This document shows, one piece after another, positions 11,202 through 22,779 of a stretch of DNA of 64,000 nucleotides (its first letter is position 1; each line of letters begins with the position of its first letter). Under the pieces are notes generated by a model, which was not told where the DNA came from, ran no database searches, and saw only the letters and a list, made by a program, of their open reading frames with translations. Source of the stretch: Lama guanicoe (lineage: Eukaryota); the NCBI GenBank assembly GCA_013239625.1, contig MU053482.1, forward strand, positions 4,973,775 through 5,037,774, given 5' to 3'. Position numbers and translations under genes: made by a program.

Positions 11202-13059
11202 GGTGGTACTCCTGCTTGGGAAACGTGGAGTTTTCCCCAGTGAAAGCCTCTTCCGGTCTGAGGATTACCTGAACTTGATTTGGGATGCTTAGTTTACCTC
11301 TAGCCTGGGTTTTTAACCTGTACAGCAAAACAGGAACACAGCAAAACAAAGAGGAAACAGAATGTAAAAGACAAGTTGCCTTGACAGAGAGACAGTTTAT
11401 GAAATCTGCCTGAATGGAACACACAGACTCCAGTTTTCTCTCCGTTATCTTAGTAGTTACTCTTTTACTATTCTTTTAATGGTTACCCTAGAGGTTATGA
11501 CAGGATTCCCTGATTTATCAAAGTCCAATAGTGATTGTTACTTCTACTTCTTCTAGACAATGCCTGGATCTTGGAACTGAACTCCGTTTACTCACTTCCC
11601 AATTTAAATGCTTTTGCTTTTATGTATTTCCATGTGACTTATATACTTTAAAACCCAATGAGACATTATTGTTATTTTATGTAGTTAATACTTTTAGATG
11701 CACCCATGTATTTACCCTGTTACTTGTTTTCTCCTTCCATCTGGAACAACTTTCCTTCTACTGTACACTTTAGTGTTTCCTTCTGTTTGGATCTGCTATT
11801 TATTAATAATTTTTCTCAGTTGTTTTTTTCTTAAACTAAATGTGCCTTTATTTTCTTCTTGTCTACTAGAGTGGATTCTTGTGGAGTCCCAAACCAAAGC
11901 AAGGGGGGCTTCGTGGGGGCCCCCAGTTTGGTCTATTTAACCCTTGTGAGGTTGGCAACTACCCTGCTCAACCCTTTGGCTTCTCAGCTGCCTCTTCTGC
12001 AAGTGGCGGGTGTCTCTGGGGAGAAATTAGTCCCCAGGTGATGGGCTCACCGCCCTGGGCCTCGTCTTTCTCCTAGATCTTGGCCCTGTAGGTTCTATTA
12101 GCTCTCCCATGCTCACAAGCAGATTTATTTAACATTTTGTCCAGCGTTTCCAGTTGTTCTCAGTGGGAAGCTTGGCCTATGTTATACAGTCTGATGATGT
12201 GAGAAGCTGAACCTCCAATTCCCAGCTATTTCTTGGGAAGATTCCTGAAAGCTGTCACGTAACACTTTTGCTTACATCCCATTGGTCGAAGCTTAGTCCT
12301 GTGATTGCACCGCGCTGGGAAATACAGTCTTTATCCTGAGGGACTGCAGTGTAATCCTAGCTGAAAACTGTAGATCCCGTGGATCTCTGGGAGAACGGAT
12401 TCTAAGGGCCATAGCGTTGATTTCTCAGTTGTGGGCTCTGTGATCTGAAGCAGGTTGTTTACACTCTCCAAATTTCAGGTTATTCATTTGTGTAATGGAG
12501 GTAATGATAATATAATTTATGAGTCTTGAATGAGATTAATAACAAACACTTATTGAACTAAGACTTGTTATCTGCTGGGCACTGAGATGAGTAGATTACA
12601 CTAACTCTCTTGGTCATACCAACAACCTTATGAGGTAGGAACTCATTCTGATGAGAAAATTGAGGCACAGAGAGTTAGATTATACAGATTTCGGTGCTGC
12701 CAAGTGGCAATTTGAACCCCAGACCTTCACCACGACATGGTCCGGCCTTGTAAATTACAAAGCCCTACCTGTTGGAATTGCTGAGGGAAGATGAGAGGAC
12801 CAGGATAGGTATGATGCTGGGTGGCTGACGGCTGCACGTGCTTGGCTAGAAAAATGGTCCTCTGAGGGAAGGTCTGGGGACAGAACTGACCTAGTCTGAG
12901 TGGATTTTTGAGTGATGTGGGTCATCAGTCATTGGTTTCATCTTACCCAAGGGTTAGATGAGCAGAATAACTCACAAGTCAAACGTGAGCATTAGATAAA
13001 GAGACTATGGACATAAAAGGGACCCCATGGAGCATGCAGTCTCATGACTTCACTTTCAA

Positions 13060-13640
13060 AATTCAATCATTTTGTGAAAAATTTGTACATTTTTATAGGA
13101 GTACAATATGCATACAGAAAATCAAATTATTAAGCAAATCTTCTGTGAGTTTTTGAAGTAAATATACCCATGTCACCAGGACCCAGATCAAGAAACAGAA
13201 CATCAGCAGCTCCAATCTCCTCTCTCATACCTTCCCCATCCCTATTCTAGTCACTACCCCTCCCAAAGCTAATCGCTACCCAGACTTCTAACACCAGAGA
13301 CTAGCTCTGCCTGTTTTTGAACTTTATATGACTGGAATAATATAGTATATGCTCTTTTGTGTCTGATTTCTTTCACTCCACATTACCTCATGTGGGACGT
13401 TCCCATTACTGCTTGTAGTTGCCAACTGTTCCTTCTCACCACTGTGTAATATTCCATTGTGTGACTATCGCAGTTTACTTAGTGATTCGACTGTTAATAG
13501 GCTTTGGAATGGTGCTGCTATGAACCTTCTAGAACATATATCTGGACACACACATGTACTCATTTTGTTAGGTATAACCTAGGTTGAAATTGTTGATCAT
13601 AAGGTAAGTGGGATGTTCAGTAAGTGGAAACTACCTTAGC
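13060..13640 (-). mobile_element. Old L1 3' fragment (L1MD/ME-like)
   Basis: cccagatcaagaaacagaacatcagcagc...tgcctgtttttgaactttatat...gtaatattccattgtgtg, typical of an ancient L1 3' UTR. Confidence 0.7.
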
Positions 13641-14169
13641 TTTACTTTACTGATGATGGAAATAAAAGTACAGAAAGGGCAGAGATTTGTCCAAGGTCAC
13701 CCACCCACTGAACCAGGACTGGGTTAGTCTCTCCCAGGGCAGTTTGCTTAGGTCTAGATTTCAAAGAGAGACTGGCCTGGAGATTCAGCAGAATCTCACA
13801 GCAACACACGTGTAACTGATGAGCTGTCCTTATCATCTGACCCTGGGCGAGATGAAACCAGTGATCACACCTGAGAAGGGAAGCTGGTTAGTGGGGCCAT
13901 GATTGTAAATACCAATTTAGACTGTGGGAGCTGGTGCGGGTACTTCTCTGCATCGTAACAATGAACAGCCTGTGGTGTGTGTCCCTGATTGAAGTAGATT
14001 TAGATTCAGGCTACTTCAGTGTCAGGCCCTGAAAGTGCAAAGTGTTTCCAATATATTACCTCATTTTATCTTTGAACAAACACCAGATCAATTCATATCC
14101 ATAAGGTCTATAAAAGCATAATATCAAAAGAAAGTATATAAAATCTGTAAGCAAACTGGAGCAATTCAG

Positions 14170-14385
14170 AACACTGCTTTTCAAGTGATCAGTGGTGAAG
14201 GAGCAATCCATCGTAGATCAATATTTTTGTAGAATACAATAAAAAATACTAAACAAATATAAAATTGCATTATTAAAGTGTATGAAAGTTTCTAAACACT
14301 CTCAGTTTCTACATTTAGATCATCAAGGATTAATAACAGTTTGCAGATCAATACTGCTTTTCAGACTACACTTCAAATAGCACTG
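14170..14385. mobile_element. hAT-Charlie MITE remnant (MER119-like)
   Basis: aaagtttctaaacactctcagtttct...cagactacacttcaaatagcactg; related to the copy at about 37480-37770. Confidence 0.5.
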
Positions 14386-14451
14386 AGTTATAATTCACTA
14401 TCCATTCCACTTGGTCTTTCAAGAGAGATTGATAATTATCTAAGAGGCAGA

Positions 14452-14980
14452 TGTTTGAATAACAAGACATCTGCATAATTTTGACACCCTAGAAACCATT
14501 CACACCCATACAGGTTAGTGCCACATTAACAGGAATTTACCATTGCCTTGTGTTTATCAACATAATGTCAACTATTCCAAAAAATTCTTGCACAGAAAGA
14601 TAAAAGTTATAAATAACGTTATTGTTCAATTAGTTCCCCCACAATCTCTTTGAAGTGAACATAAAACCCTTAAACTTTTCAGTAGATAGCATTAAAGGCT
14701 ATTTACTCTCCAAGACTCTTTGAACGTCTTTCCTTGTGTCCACCAATCCTAAACTAGTATGTCATGATCTTTAGCCAAACGAATTAAGCACTACCCCACT
14801 GAAAGATGTGCCTTAAACCATATTCCAAAACCTTATAAATATCCCTGCTTTGCTCTCCCCCAGTCAAGATGCTACAAAGACTCTGTCAAAGTAGGACTCT
14901 CCTTATGATGTATAATAAACTCAGCTTTGCCTTCTCCACAGCTTATTTTGCTAGTGTTTCTTGGGAGTTAGCATTCAACA
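14452..14980 (+). mobile_element. Solo ERV-type LTR
   Basis: Begins TGTTTGAAT and ends ATTCAACA (inverted termini TG...CA). TATAAA at 14834 and AATAAA at 14914 are in U3-R-U5 order. TSD not recognisable. Confidence 0.6.
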
Positions 14981-15194
14981 ATCAAGACTTAGTCTTGCTC
15001 AGTCATTTTCAAACTTCAGTATGCATAAAAATTACCAAGGAGGGTTGTATGTGCAAAAGCATACACGAGTAATTTATGAGATCTCCATGTATAAATTTGA
15101 CCATGTCATGTTTAAACCTAAGTCCTGCATCTAGATCAGCAATTGGAGAATAGAGAACCGCAGAATGTTTGAGCTGGAAGTGGTTGAAGGTACC

Positions 15195-15382
15195 CGAGTA
15201 TCAGTGCATAGATCAGCTACATCAAAATCACCTGCTGTAATTAATCCCTGTTAAAAAAATACCTATCCCTGGGTTTCTCTTCAGGTGTACTGAATCAGAA
15301 TTTCTAGAAAAACAGGGCTTGCAAATGTTTGTAACGAACTCCATAAGGGGCTGTGAAACACAATCAGGTTTGAGAACCATTA
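15195..15382. mobile_element. MER5-like hAT MITE
   Basis: catcaaaatcacctg...tactgaatcagaatttcta...caggtttgagaacca. Confidence 0.6.
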
Positions 15383-16124
15383 TGGTCTTCCAGCACTTCA
15401 TCCTGTAGATGAAGAAACAGAGACTCAGAAATGGGAGTAAACTTGCCCGAGATCACATAGCTATTGAGCTGTGTGTCTGATTCCCGGATGAGAGTTCCCA
15501 GGGTGGAGATCAGATTTTGGAGATGTCCTTATGTATACAATATCCTGAACAAGAACGATTAATGTATTAAGAACACAATTCTATTTTGGCATCTCAACAT
15601 CTCTTTCAGGTTTATCAGAGTGGTGATGGTGGGAGGGGGTGGTCACTGTAATCTCCCGCATGAAAATTCTAGCAGTCATGACTTCTCTGCTTTCCATTAG
15701 GTAAGAGGAACCAGCTGAAATATAATTTTCAAAAAAGAAAATTATGACTGTTAAGCAAAGATAAGATGAACACATATCTGCTGAGGATCTACTGACCATC
15801 TTGTTTGTTAAATTTGTGTTCTCAGGAACTGTTGCTTGTTAGTTGACTGACTGGCCCAAGTAAAGGCGAGTCGGTTATTTCAAGGCTCTAGGAATGTGTC
15901 CTGGGAAGGAATCCCAGCTGGCCCTCTGGAGAACTGCAAGTGAGCACTGGGAAGAGGTTCAAGGTCCAGGCAGCTACTCCCGTGGTTTTTCATTACTCAG
16001 ACGAGCTTTTTGAGCACACTTCTTTGCTCCACTGTTTTGTTTCTCTACTCATCAGCATGCTGTGGCTAAAAATGAGCTCCCTCACCCCCTTGAGTCAGCA
16101 TGGTCATCACTAAGTGCTCAACCT

Positions 16125-16209
16125 CTTTTTTTTTTTTTAATGGAGGTACTGTGGATAGGACCCAGGACCTCGTTGGTGCCTACCACTGAGCTGTCAGTCC
16201 CCCCATCTC
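16125..16209 (-). mobile_element. tRNA-Ala-derived SINE (camelid vic-1-like), internally deleted
   Basis: Poly-T then tggaggtact...cccaggacctc...taccactgagct. TSD cactaagtg(c/a)tcaac(c/t)t at 16108-16124 and 16210-16226. Confidence 0.8.
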
Positions 16210-16989
16210 CACTAAGTGATCAACTTCTGATAACAGTCTCTAGCTTAGTTCAGATTCTTGATGGAGGTGATCTAATTGGCTACTCTCTAGTCAAGCATTT
16301 GGTCCCTTTGGGTCAGGTGATCACCCAGGGTCCATCAGCTGTGGCTACTTGGAGAAAACACACTTGCCACGGAGTTGTGTGAGGGTGTGTGAAAGAGAAA
16401 GAAAGACGCCAGGAAAGCCCAAGTGAGAATCTCAAGTGGCCAAGCACCTTAAAAAGTGCCTTTTATTCATTTCCAGCATGAGTCGTTGCCATGGGTTTGT
16501 GCCGCTCCCCTGTTATCCCATATGAGTCTGGTTGTCACTCTGTTGCTTTTATGTAACTAAGATAAGTTGCAAGGGAGTTGAGTGTCTCACAGGAGCTCAT
16601 GGTCTCCTACCTTCCCCTTCACGTTTCCACCTACAGTTGGGACCCTCCTTTGCGCAAGCCATTGAACTGCTAGAAACAGGGATATCTCTAGGAATAGGTC
16701 TTGGCCCTGCACTCATGAACTTCAAAACTTCGTCTTAGATGAGGGTGAAGAGGAGGCTGACAGTCACGGGTAAGTTCAGGAACAGCTGGATGTGCCCAGC
16801 TCGTGGGGCCCTAAGGTATTTTGGTTCACTAATAATTTCTTCCCCAGCTGCCTCACTCTTTCGTGGGCACAAGACACGGGCCTAATAACTGTATAGTTAG
16901 AAATGCAGGAGAAGAGGGAGCTCCTCACCAAGCAGCCGGGCCAAGACAGCCGGAGACAGAGCAGCAGGTGAGTTCGATTCAGCAATCAC

Positions 16990-17860
16990 CGAAACCCGGG
17001 GCGGGGGCGAGGAACTACGCCGGGTGCAAAGCCGGGAGAAGTGCGGCCTCCAGGCTCCAGGGCTCCCAGGCGGGAGGGTTACACACTCATAAGCAGACAA
17101 GGCCGCCATGTCCTGCAAGGGGCAGATTTGGGGTATCCGCCCTATTCCGGGCAGCAGCGGGGCGCGGGCCCCGAGCGCGCAGCTCCTCGCAGGGCGGAGG
17201 GCGGCGCGAGGGAGGGAGAGAGGGAAGGGAAAGGCGAGCGTGAGCTGCCTCAAATGCTTGGAATAATTCCGCTTCCGTTTGGAAAGCCGCAGCCGCAGCC
17301 TCAGTCCCGCCGCGCCCGCCGCGTCCGCCCAGCGCCAGCTCCGCGTCCTGACCGGCCCGCGCGCGGCTGCCCGCTCCGCCGCCATGGCCACCTCCCCGCA
17401 GAAGTCGCCGTCTGTCCCCAAGTCCCCCACTCCCAAGTCGCCCCCGTCCCGGAAGAAGGATGACTCCTTCTTGGGGAAACTCGGAGGGACTCTGGCCCGG
17501 AGGAAGAAAGCCAAGGAAGGTGAGTGCGGCCCAGACCGGCGGACGGCCGGGCCCGGGGCCGAGGGGGCCGGGGCGCCCCACGCCGGGCGGGAGCGCGTCG
17601 CGGGTGCCCGGCGGCCAGGCCGGCGGGGGCAGGCGCGGGCGCGCGCTGCCCGGGGACGTCGCGCGGGGCCGGGCCTCGCCGCCGCCCTGCTCGGGGTCGT
17701 CCCGGCTCTGCCCTCTCGGGTCCCCGCGGCTATCGGGTGGGGCGGCCCGGGCCCAGGCGACGACCGCGCTGGGCCGCGGGCCGAGGAGGCGGCCGGGCCC
17801 GCCAGCCCGGAGGCGGCGTCCTGCTGTAGGCCCCGAGTCTCCGCCTTCTCCGTGCCAGAG
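16990..17860 (+). promoter_or_regulatory. PARVA: CpG island / promoter of PARVA
   Basis: Very high GC and CpG density around exon 1. GC box ggggcgggg at 16998-17006; tandem ETS-type TTCCGCTTCCG at 17267-17277; no TATA box seen. Confidence 0.9.
17384..17519 (+). CDS. PARVA: Alpha-parvin (actopaxin), first coding exon
   Basis: Perfect Kozak gccgccATGG at 17384. MATSPQKSPSVPKSPTPKSPPSRKKDDSFLGKLGGTLARRKKAKE is the alpha-parvin N-terminus. Donor G|GTGAGT at 17520, phase 1. Confidence 0.97.
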
Positions 17861-18324
17861 GCTGGCAGTTCCCAAGTTTTCTGCTGAAACTTTTCTGGGC
17901 GCCGTCACTCTTACTCTTTGCCTTCATTGGTCTTTGAAATCAGATCATTTCCTAGACCTGCTGAAGTGTGCGGTTGCTGCGTTGGCCTCTGGTTCTTTTG
18001 TCGGTCCCCCGGGGCCCAGCAGGGCTCTATGAATAAGTAGATCAACACCAAATGTTTGTTGAATGAATGAGTGAAGAGCTGGCTGTCCTAGTGGCCCCAC
18101 TCTGTGATAAATGATGAACTCGTACCCCAGGAGAAAACCTCAGTTCTACACACACACAGTAGCATCCTCGGCTGTGACCCTTATGTGAACTCAGGAGTTA
18201 AAGGGCTTCTGCAAAACCATTTCCTTTTTCCCACCAGGGTGAATTGAGGAGATCTTATTTTTCTCTAGGACAGTTTACGTGTAAAATATTTTGTCTCATG
18301 GGCAGATTTTGCATCCTGGTTTTT

Positions 18325-19034
18325 TTCTTTTTATATTGAAGTATGGTTGATTTACAATATTGTGTTAGTTTCAGGTGTATATCATAGTCAGTATTTTTGC
18401 AGCTTATATTCCATTATAGGTAATTACAAGATAATGTGTTTAATTCCCTGTGTCATACAGCATATCCTTGTTGCTTATCTATTTTATATATAGTAGTTTG
18501 TATCTGTTAATCCTATACCCCTAATTTGTCCCTCTCCCCTTTGTAATCACAAGTTTGTTTTCTGTATCTATGAGTCTGTTTCCGTTTTGTATATACATTC
18601 ATTTGTATTTTTTAGATTCCACATATAAGTGATTTAGTTCGTATTTCTTTTTCTGGCCTATTTCACTAAGCATAGTATTCTCTAGGTCCACCCATGTTGC
18701 TGTAAATGGTATATTCCATTCTTTTTATGGCTGAGTAATATTCCACATCTTAATCCAGTTGTCTGTTGATGGGCACTTGGGTTGCTTCCACCTCTTGGCT
18801 GTTGTAAATAGTGCTGCTGTGAACATTGGGGTAGATGGATCTTTTCAAATTAGAGTCTTCATCTTTTCCGCATATGTAGCCAGGAGTGGAATTGCTGGAT
18901 CATATGGTAGTTCTAATTTTAGTTTCTTTAAGGAACCGGCATACTGTTTTCCCAAGTGCCCCGATTTACACGCCCATCAACAGTGTATGAGAGTTCCCTT
19001 TACCTCACGTCCTCTCCAACATTTGTTACATGTG
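18325..19034 (-). mobile_element. 5'-truncated, relatively young L1
   Basis: Poly-T, L1 3' UTR and ORF2 tail (gttgatgggcacttgggttgcttcc...aggagtggaattgctggatcatatggtag). TSD gcatcctg(g/a)ttttt at 18311-18324 and 19035-19048. Confidence 0.9.
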
Positions 19035-19734
19035 GCATCCTGATTTTTGTTTTGAATAATATGGTGACAGTTCTGAAAAAGGGCTAGTGGTTGGCGTGTA
19101 GGTAGAGAGTCCTTGTTAAAAAAAATTTTTTTTCATAGACTCTTTAGTAGTTTGAGAGAAACTTGGTTGTGATGCTGGGATGTAAAGTAAGTTTCATTTT
19201 CCTGATTTATCTTAAAGCATGAAAAAGAACTTGGTATTGAGAATTATCAAACTTGACACAAAGAACTAGACTTCTCTATACTGAAGCAAGAAGCAGTAAA
19301 ATACATCCCCCCATAATGTTTTCTCCCTATGTGGTTATTTTGGTAAACCAAAGCCTGAGTAGTATGCAGTTGGTAACAAATTGTGAAATCCTGGCTTGGA
19401 GAGTGCTTTCCTAGACTATCCCTGTAACTTTCCTACAGTATTCCTGGTATGAGCTCGCCAGCTTAAGACAGGACAACTCAATTACTGAAGCTTCTGACCT
19501 ACCAGGAGCACTCACCCCACTTTGCTAACTCTTTAGAAAAGTTTACTTTATCTCTCTGTATCTACTACTGTGCTATTCATGCGGCCAGGAGAACAGGTGG
19601 AATGGTGGCTCTGCACTTTTTCCAAGTGGACTAGCTTGTTTTGTGGAATCCCTTCACCTGTCCAAACATCCTCTGTTCTATAGTTGGTCCTCAAAGATGA
19701 GCTTTATGGCCCTCTGTTCTCCCATCTCTTCAGT

Positions 19735-20235
19735 TGCAGTCAGGGTCCCTGCAGGAAACAGAAGGTCAAATTAGTTGGCATTTAAAAAATAATGTAGAGA
19801 AGGGACTATTTCCGGGGATGTGGGCAGGGTGAAGGGAACACAGAGGGATGCTGAGGCGCCTAGGAGCTACCAACAGTGGGGGAGCCGTTACCATCCCTAG
19901 GCCTGTAGGGACGAGGGGACCAAGCCGGAACCTATGGAGAGCGGGAGCTCTGGAAGAGGGTGTTGCTGACAGGAACAGGGAGTTTAGAGGGACAGAGCCA
20001 GTCAGTAATGTGGAGATGGAGCAGGGAGATGGTGGCACAAGAGATACTCTGCGTGTTCTCTCCTGTTCTTGCCCTTGAATCTCTTGCTGGTGCTGTCGGT
20101 TGGCTTGACCCAGTGGGAAGTCAGCAGGGCGAGGGAGGGTGGGTGATGCAGTCTGTAGGGGTCCGCTCCCTTAGGGCACAGAGCAGTGCAGAGAGTAGAT
20201 CATAGTGGGAGTGCAGAGAAATGGAGAAGAACTAC
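19735..20235 (-). mobile_element. Ancient ERVL-type LTR (LTR33/LTR41-like; subfamily uncertain)
   Basis: cagtcagggtccctgcaggaaacaga...gggactattt...agccgttaccatccctaggcctg; a related copy lies at about 40457-40790. Confidence 0.55.
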
Positions 20236-20259
20236 CAGACTCCCTCAACGTGAGCTGCC

Positions 20260-20960
20260 CAGAAGTCAACAGTACAGTAGTGGTCCGGTCCAGCCAGCCC
20301 AGATTAGAACAGGGCTGTCACCTCCCTTGTTCTAGCATAGACATCATGTTCGATTAATGCAGCTGAAGCTGCTTCTCTTGATTCTGCCAGCTACATCACA
20401 CTGTTATCTCTCACTGAGCTTGTTATTAGCTCCCTCAAAGACATTTTTATGTTTGTTGCTCTTAAATCATTCCCTTCCCTAGCTTGGATTTGCTCAGTTG
20501 GGTTTTTGAAACCAAGTGTAAGATGTTATTTTTATCCTTGTTATACTTAAATCCTGATTCTGTCATTCAGCCTATTAGCTAATCTAGAGGGTGTAAGTGG
20601 GTAATGGGAGAGCAAGTGCTTCTCATAAAGGGGCCGCCATCACCCAGCTCCAGCTGCACGGGGTGGTTCTTCGAGTCAAAGGCCGTGGGGTTGGTCTTAG
20701 TGAGCACGTGCTGGGTCTCAGTGATCAGTACTTTCCCTATCAAGGGCCCACTGACAGTCACTTAAGTAACAATAAGGCTAAGCCTTACTCTGGATCCTGC
20801 GTAAACTCACAGCTCTGTGCTTTGCAGAAACTGCTTTCTTTCCACATTATCCCTAGTGTTCTAGAGTCTCCCATCCTTCATGATTCCTCAAGATCACAGA
20901 TGTTGGTCAATCCACAAATTATCCCAGTGCTTCAGCATAGAATTCTCCTGGGTCCAAGGA
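20260..20960 (-). mobile_element. CR1/L3 LINE fragment
   Basis: cagttgggtttttgaaaccaagtgtaagat...tttatccttgtta, CR1-like. Confidence 0.5.
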
Positions 20961-22779
20961 CCCCTGTTCATTCATTTGATATCTGTTGTGTCCCACAGTC
21001 AGACACATGTCTTTGGGACCAGACACATTAGGGTTTGATGTCTGGCTCTGTATTTATTGCTGTGACTTAGGACAAGCTCCTTAATTCTTTGAAGCCTCTG
21101 TTTTTTCATCCATAAACTGGGAATAAAAATTCCTTCCTTACATGGAGGTTGCAAGGCTTAAGTGAGACAAAGGATGTAACATGCATAGTGTGCACAAATA
21201 ATGGTAGCCATTAAAATTGACAGCTCGATTTTAAATAGTCTTTAAAATTTGAAAGTCTTCATTATGGACTGCAAGAAGATTCCACAGGTTCTGCCAATAG
21301 CTTGGTACTGACTGTATAAAGCTCATGTAGCACTATTTGGGTCTGTTTAGAAATTAGGGATCTTTCTTTGCAAGTCAGATGATTGTCCTGTTTCCCAAGA
21401 TGTCTCATTTCCACATTTAAAAGTGTCTGGGCCCATTCTCAGGAGCTATAGACAGGGAGATTTTATTTTTCTCTGTGGATCTTCTCTTTTTGGGTTTCCA
21501 GTCCTCAGTGCTGTATGAGGCCCTCCTGTGTCGGTTCTTAAGCTCGCCTTTCAGTCTACTTATCAAAGGGGCATTTTTCACCTTTCTTCCTCCAGATCTG
21601 TCCTTGGGACTTGGTTTTACCAGGAACACCATCTTGAGTTGTATCTGCCTGCTGAAGTTGCCCTAAATTAGGCCCACGGCAATGGTTATTCCTATATTTT
21701 ACCCACTTTTTTATTACCCCTGACAGCTTTACATTTTGTCTGGTCCCAAAGTGTACCACTTTGGTTCTTGTTGACTGTCCACTGTCACTGGGGAAAATCC
21801 CCAAACTCTGCAATAGATTTATGATTTGTAGAGTGAGCAGAAGCCTTAGCACTGCTGAGCAATCCTCCTCTCCTGATCAGCTTGCATTCTCATTTTCCAA
21901 AGTGCTTTGTTTAAACCCTTATCACTCAAGCTCTTCCTCAGACCCTGAGATAGAAAATTAAGTGCTAGGTTATTAAATTAAATTTTCTTCACCACCACCC
22001 TCCCCCAGTCCCACCCATATCTACACCTGTCTTTTTCTTCCCTCCCAGTCTTAGTCTCTTCCAAGGAGGTCCCTTCTCCCCTGGCTCAGGAGGCCATTCA
22101 ATTCCTCTTCTTCCCAGACATGGCATAGCCAGGCACCCTTTTGCTCATATCCCCAGCCTTCTCCATGCCGCTCTGTCCCCCTAACATCTGCAGGTATGCT
22201 TGAGTCTCTCCCATTTGTAGATAATCTCCCAGGGCTGGTTTCCTCTTAAGCTGCTCACCAGAGCCTTGAAAGAGTGTTCTGTACTGGCTTCCCCTTTCTC
22301 ATTCCCTAGTTACATCCTGACCCCCTCTTCCCATTCTGTCACCGGTTATTTGAGTACCTGCTACGTGCCAGGCACAGTGCTAGCTGCTGGGATAGGGCAT
22401 GAAAGTACAATGAATTCTTGGTTTACTGTCCTGGAAGCAGGTGACTATAACTCGGGACTGTTTGTTTATTTAATTTTTAACACTCCTTAAAACCTGATCC
22501 TCATTCTTGAATAAGCAGTGTATGAATGTATTTCTTCATGTCCTTTTTGTGCCTAAATAAATCTCATGGCATGCACCTTGTTTTACATGAAGAGAAAATA
22601 GAAATAGTGTAAGCATATGCAAAATATTAGAACATTTTTTAAACATTTTTTATTGATTTATAGAACATTTTTAAAATCGTGCAATTCCCCTCTTGTCCTT
22701 TGCTTGTTCAGTGCAGTGATTTTAAAGAATCAATGTTCAGGAGTTTTCTTTTAAAAATGAACAATATACAGTGAGTGAC

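Noticed and set aside
17520..17887. Open continuation of the PARVA frame into intron 1
   Set aside because: There is a strong GTGAGT donor at 17520, and the continuation is low-complexity CpG-island sequence.
16863..18032. Long overlapping ORFs (205, 273, 190 aa and others) on both strands around PARVA exon 1
   Set aside because: Expected from stop-codon scarcity in a GC-rich CpG island. They are Arg/Gly/Pro/Ala-rich with no recognisable domain; only 17384-17519 is supported.
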